A stretch of DNA of 20,000 bases from Folioceros fuciformis (taxonomy: Eukaryota): assembly GCA_049999805.1 (NCBI GenBank), contig JBNGIO010006003.1:123584-143583 (forward strand), written 5' to 3'. Positions 18,966-20,000 of this stretch are shown here, piece by piece. The translations under genes and the position numbers were made by a program. Numbering within the stretch: position 1 is the stretch's first letter; every line of letters begins with the position of its first letter. The notes under the pieces are model-generated. The model ran no database searches and was not told the origin of the DNA. It saw nothing but the letters and a program-made list of their open reading frames with translations.

Positions 18966-20000
18966 ACTCGTTGACTAAAGATAATGTCTCATTTACCAGT
19001 TTTGTAGGCTTTGTAGGAAGCAACTGCATGGCAGTTTCTTTTTGGTACTAGCCATGGCATCCGGATTCGCGCATCACTTCTCCTTCCGTCTCTCGCTGAG
19101 TGTACAACATTCCGTATGTGAGTGCTGCTCTACTGTACTCTATTTGCCTTTTCCCAGGCAGACGTTTGACATTTAGCCTCTGAAGCCTGGGGTGGGGTAT
19201 ATTTGGAGCTCATGGCATTGCATCTATGGTGAGAACCGGACTCCGCACCAGGTTGATACCATACGTGTACTCAATTGCAGTCGCCGTTATATTACTCCGC
19301 AACTGTCGTACATCATTCCTACTGCAGACGCTGACTGTTGCCAGCGGTGCTGTGCATCCAGCCACCCACCCACCCAAACTCAATTCTCCATTCTGCGTTC
19401 TTTACCGAAATTCCCGAAGACTTATGTCAGTTCAGTCTACTTCAGGCCACGTAGCACCTTGTCTGCCCTGATTCCCGTCCTCCACCAGCAGGTCTGGTTT
19501 CCAGACACTATGTCAGGGTCAGGTCATTCCTCGCCCGCCGACTCTGGGTTCAATCCTCTCCGTCCTTACGTTTTCTCAAACGTAGCTCAGGATCCGGCAA
19601 CAACGATCAGCTATACGACGTCAGCAACCTCAAGCAGCCTCCGATTTGTTACAAGGAATAATAAAGAACAGTGCACCCGGAGGAGGCGATTGTGGGGGAA
19701 GCTTGCAAGGGTACAAGCTCGTCTCTCCTCTTTACGTGTTTCTCTCCGTTCTCTGCGCTTCTCCTTTCTGTCTAAGAAGGAGAGATGGAAGGAAGCCATG
19801 AAGGCAAGCTAGGGCGCCCATGTGGACTGGGTCTACGTACAGAGAATACACAGGAATCGGGAAATTGGACACAACAGGAGTTAGAAGGTCCGATAGAATA
19901 GGAATCAGGAGGTTCTGACCGAGAGAAGGCTGGATTCGGAGCCTGAGGAAAGAAACGGGTGCAGGGCACTTGTGGGAGTTTTCTTCCACTGGAAAGGCCG

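Noticed and set aside
18966-19160. Poly(A) tail or target-site duplication of a GCN1 retro-insertion
   Set aside because: No A-tract or flanking direct repeat is visible.

Overview
Eukaryotic, compact land-plant nuclear DNA; most likely a hornwort, inferred from 77-187 bp introns, very short intergenic spacers and a DYW:KP-type PPR gene. Three clear protein genes are present. (1) A 13-exon HLB1-like TPR/PH-like gene on the minus strand (3645-6786), assembled by hand from fragments in the ORF track, with a 36-bp coding minisatellite and a 100-N gap in exon 1. (2) A PLS-class PPR protein with E1/E2 and a DYW:KP deaminase-like domain (KPAxAxIEV, HAEKLA, CxxC), the class linked to reverse U-to-C organellar RNA editing, ending in an unusual DSQ tripeptide (7044-10109, probably with upstream transit-peptide exons to 10760). 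(3) A 7.7-kb GCN1/ILITYHIA coding sequence with no introns (11292-18965), divergently oriented from the PPR gene and apparently lacking two conserved segments, a candidate giant retrogene. The left 3.6 kb holds degenerate tandem repeats and possibly the 5' end of another gene. All homology calls are from recalled family motifs, not from database searches.
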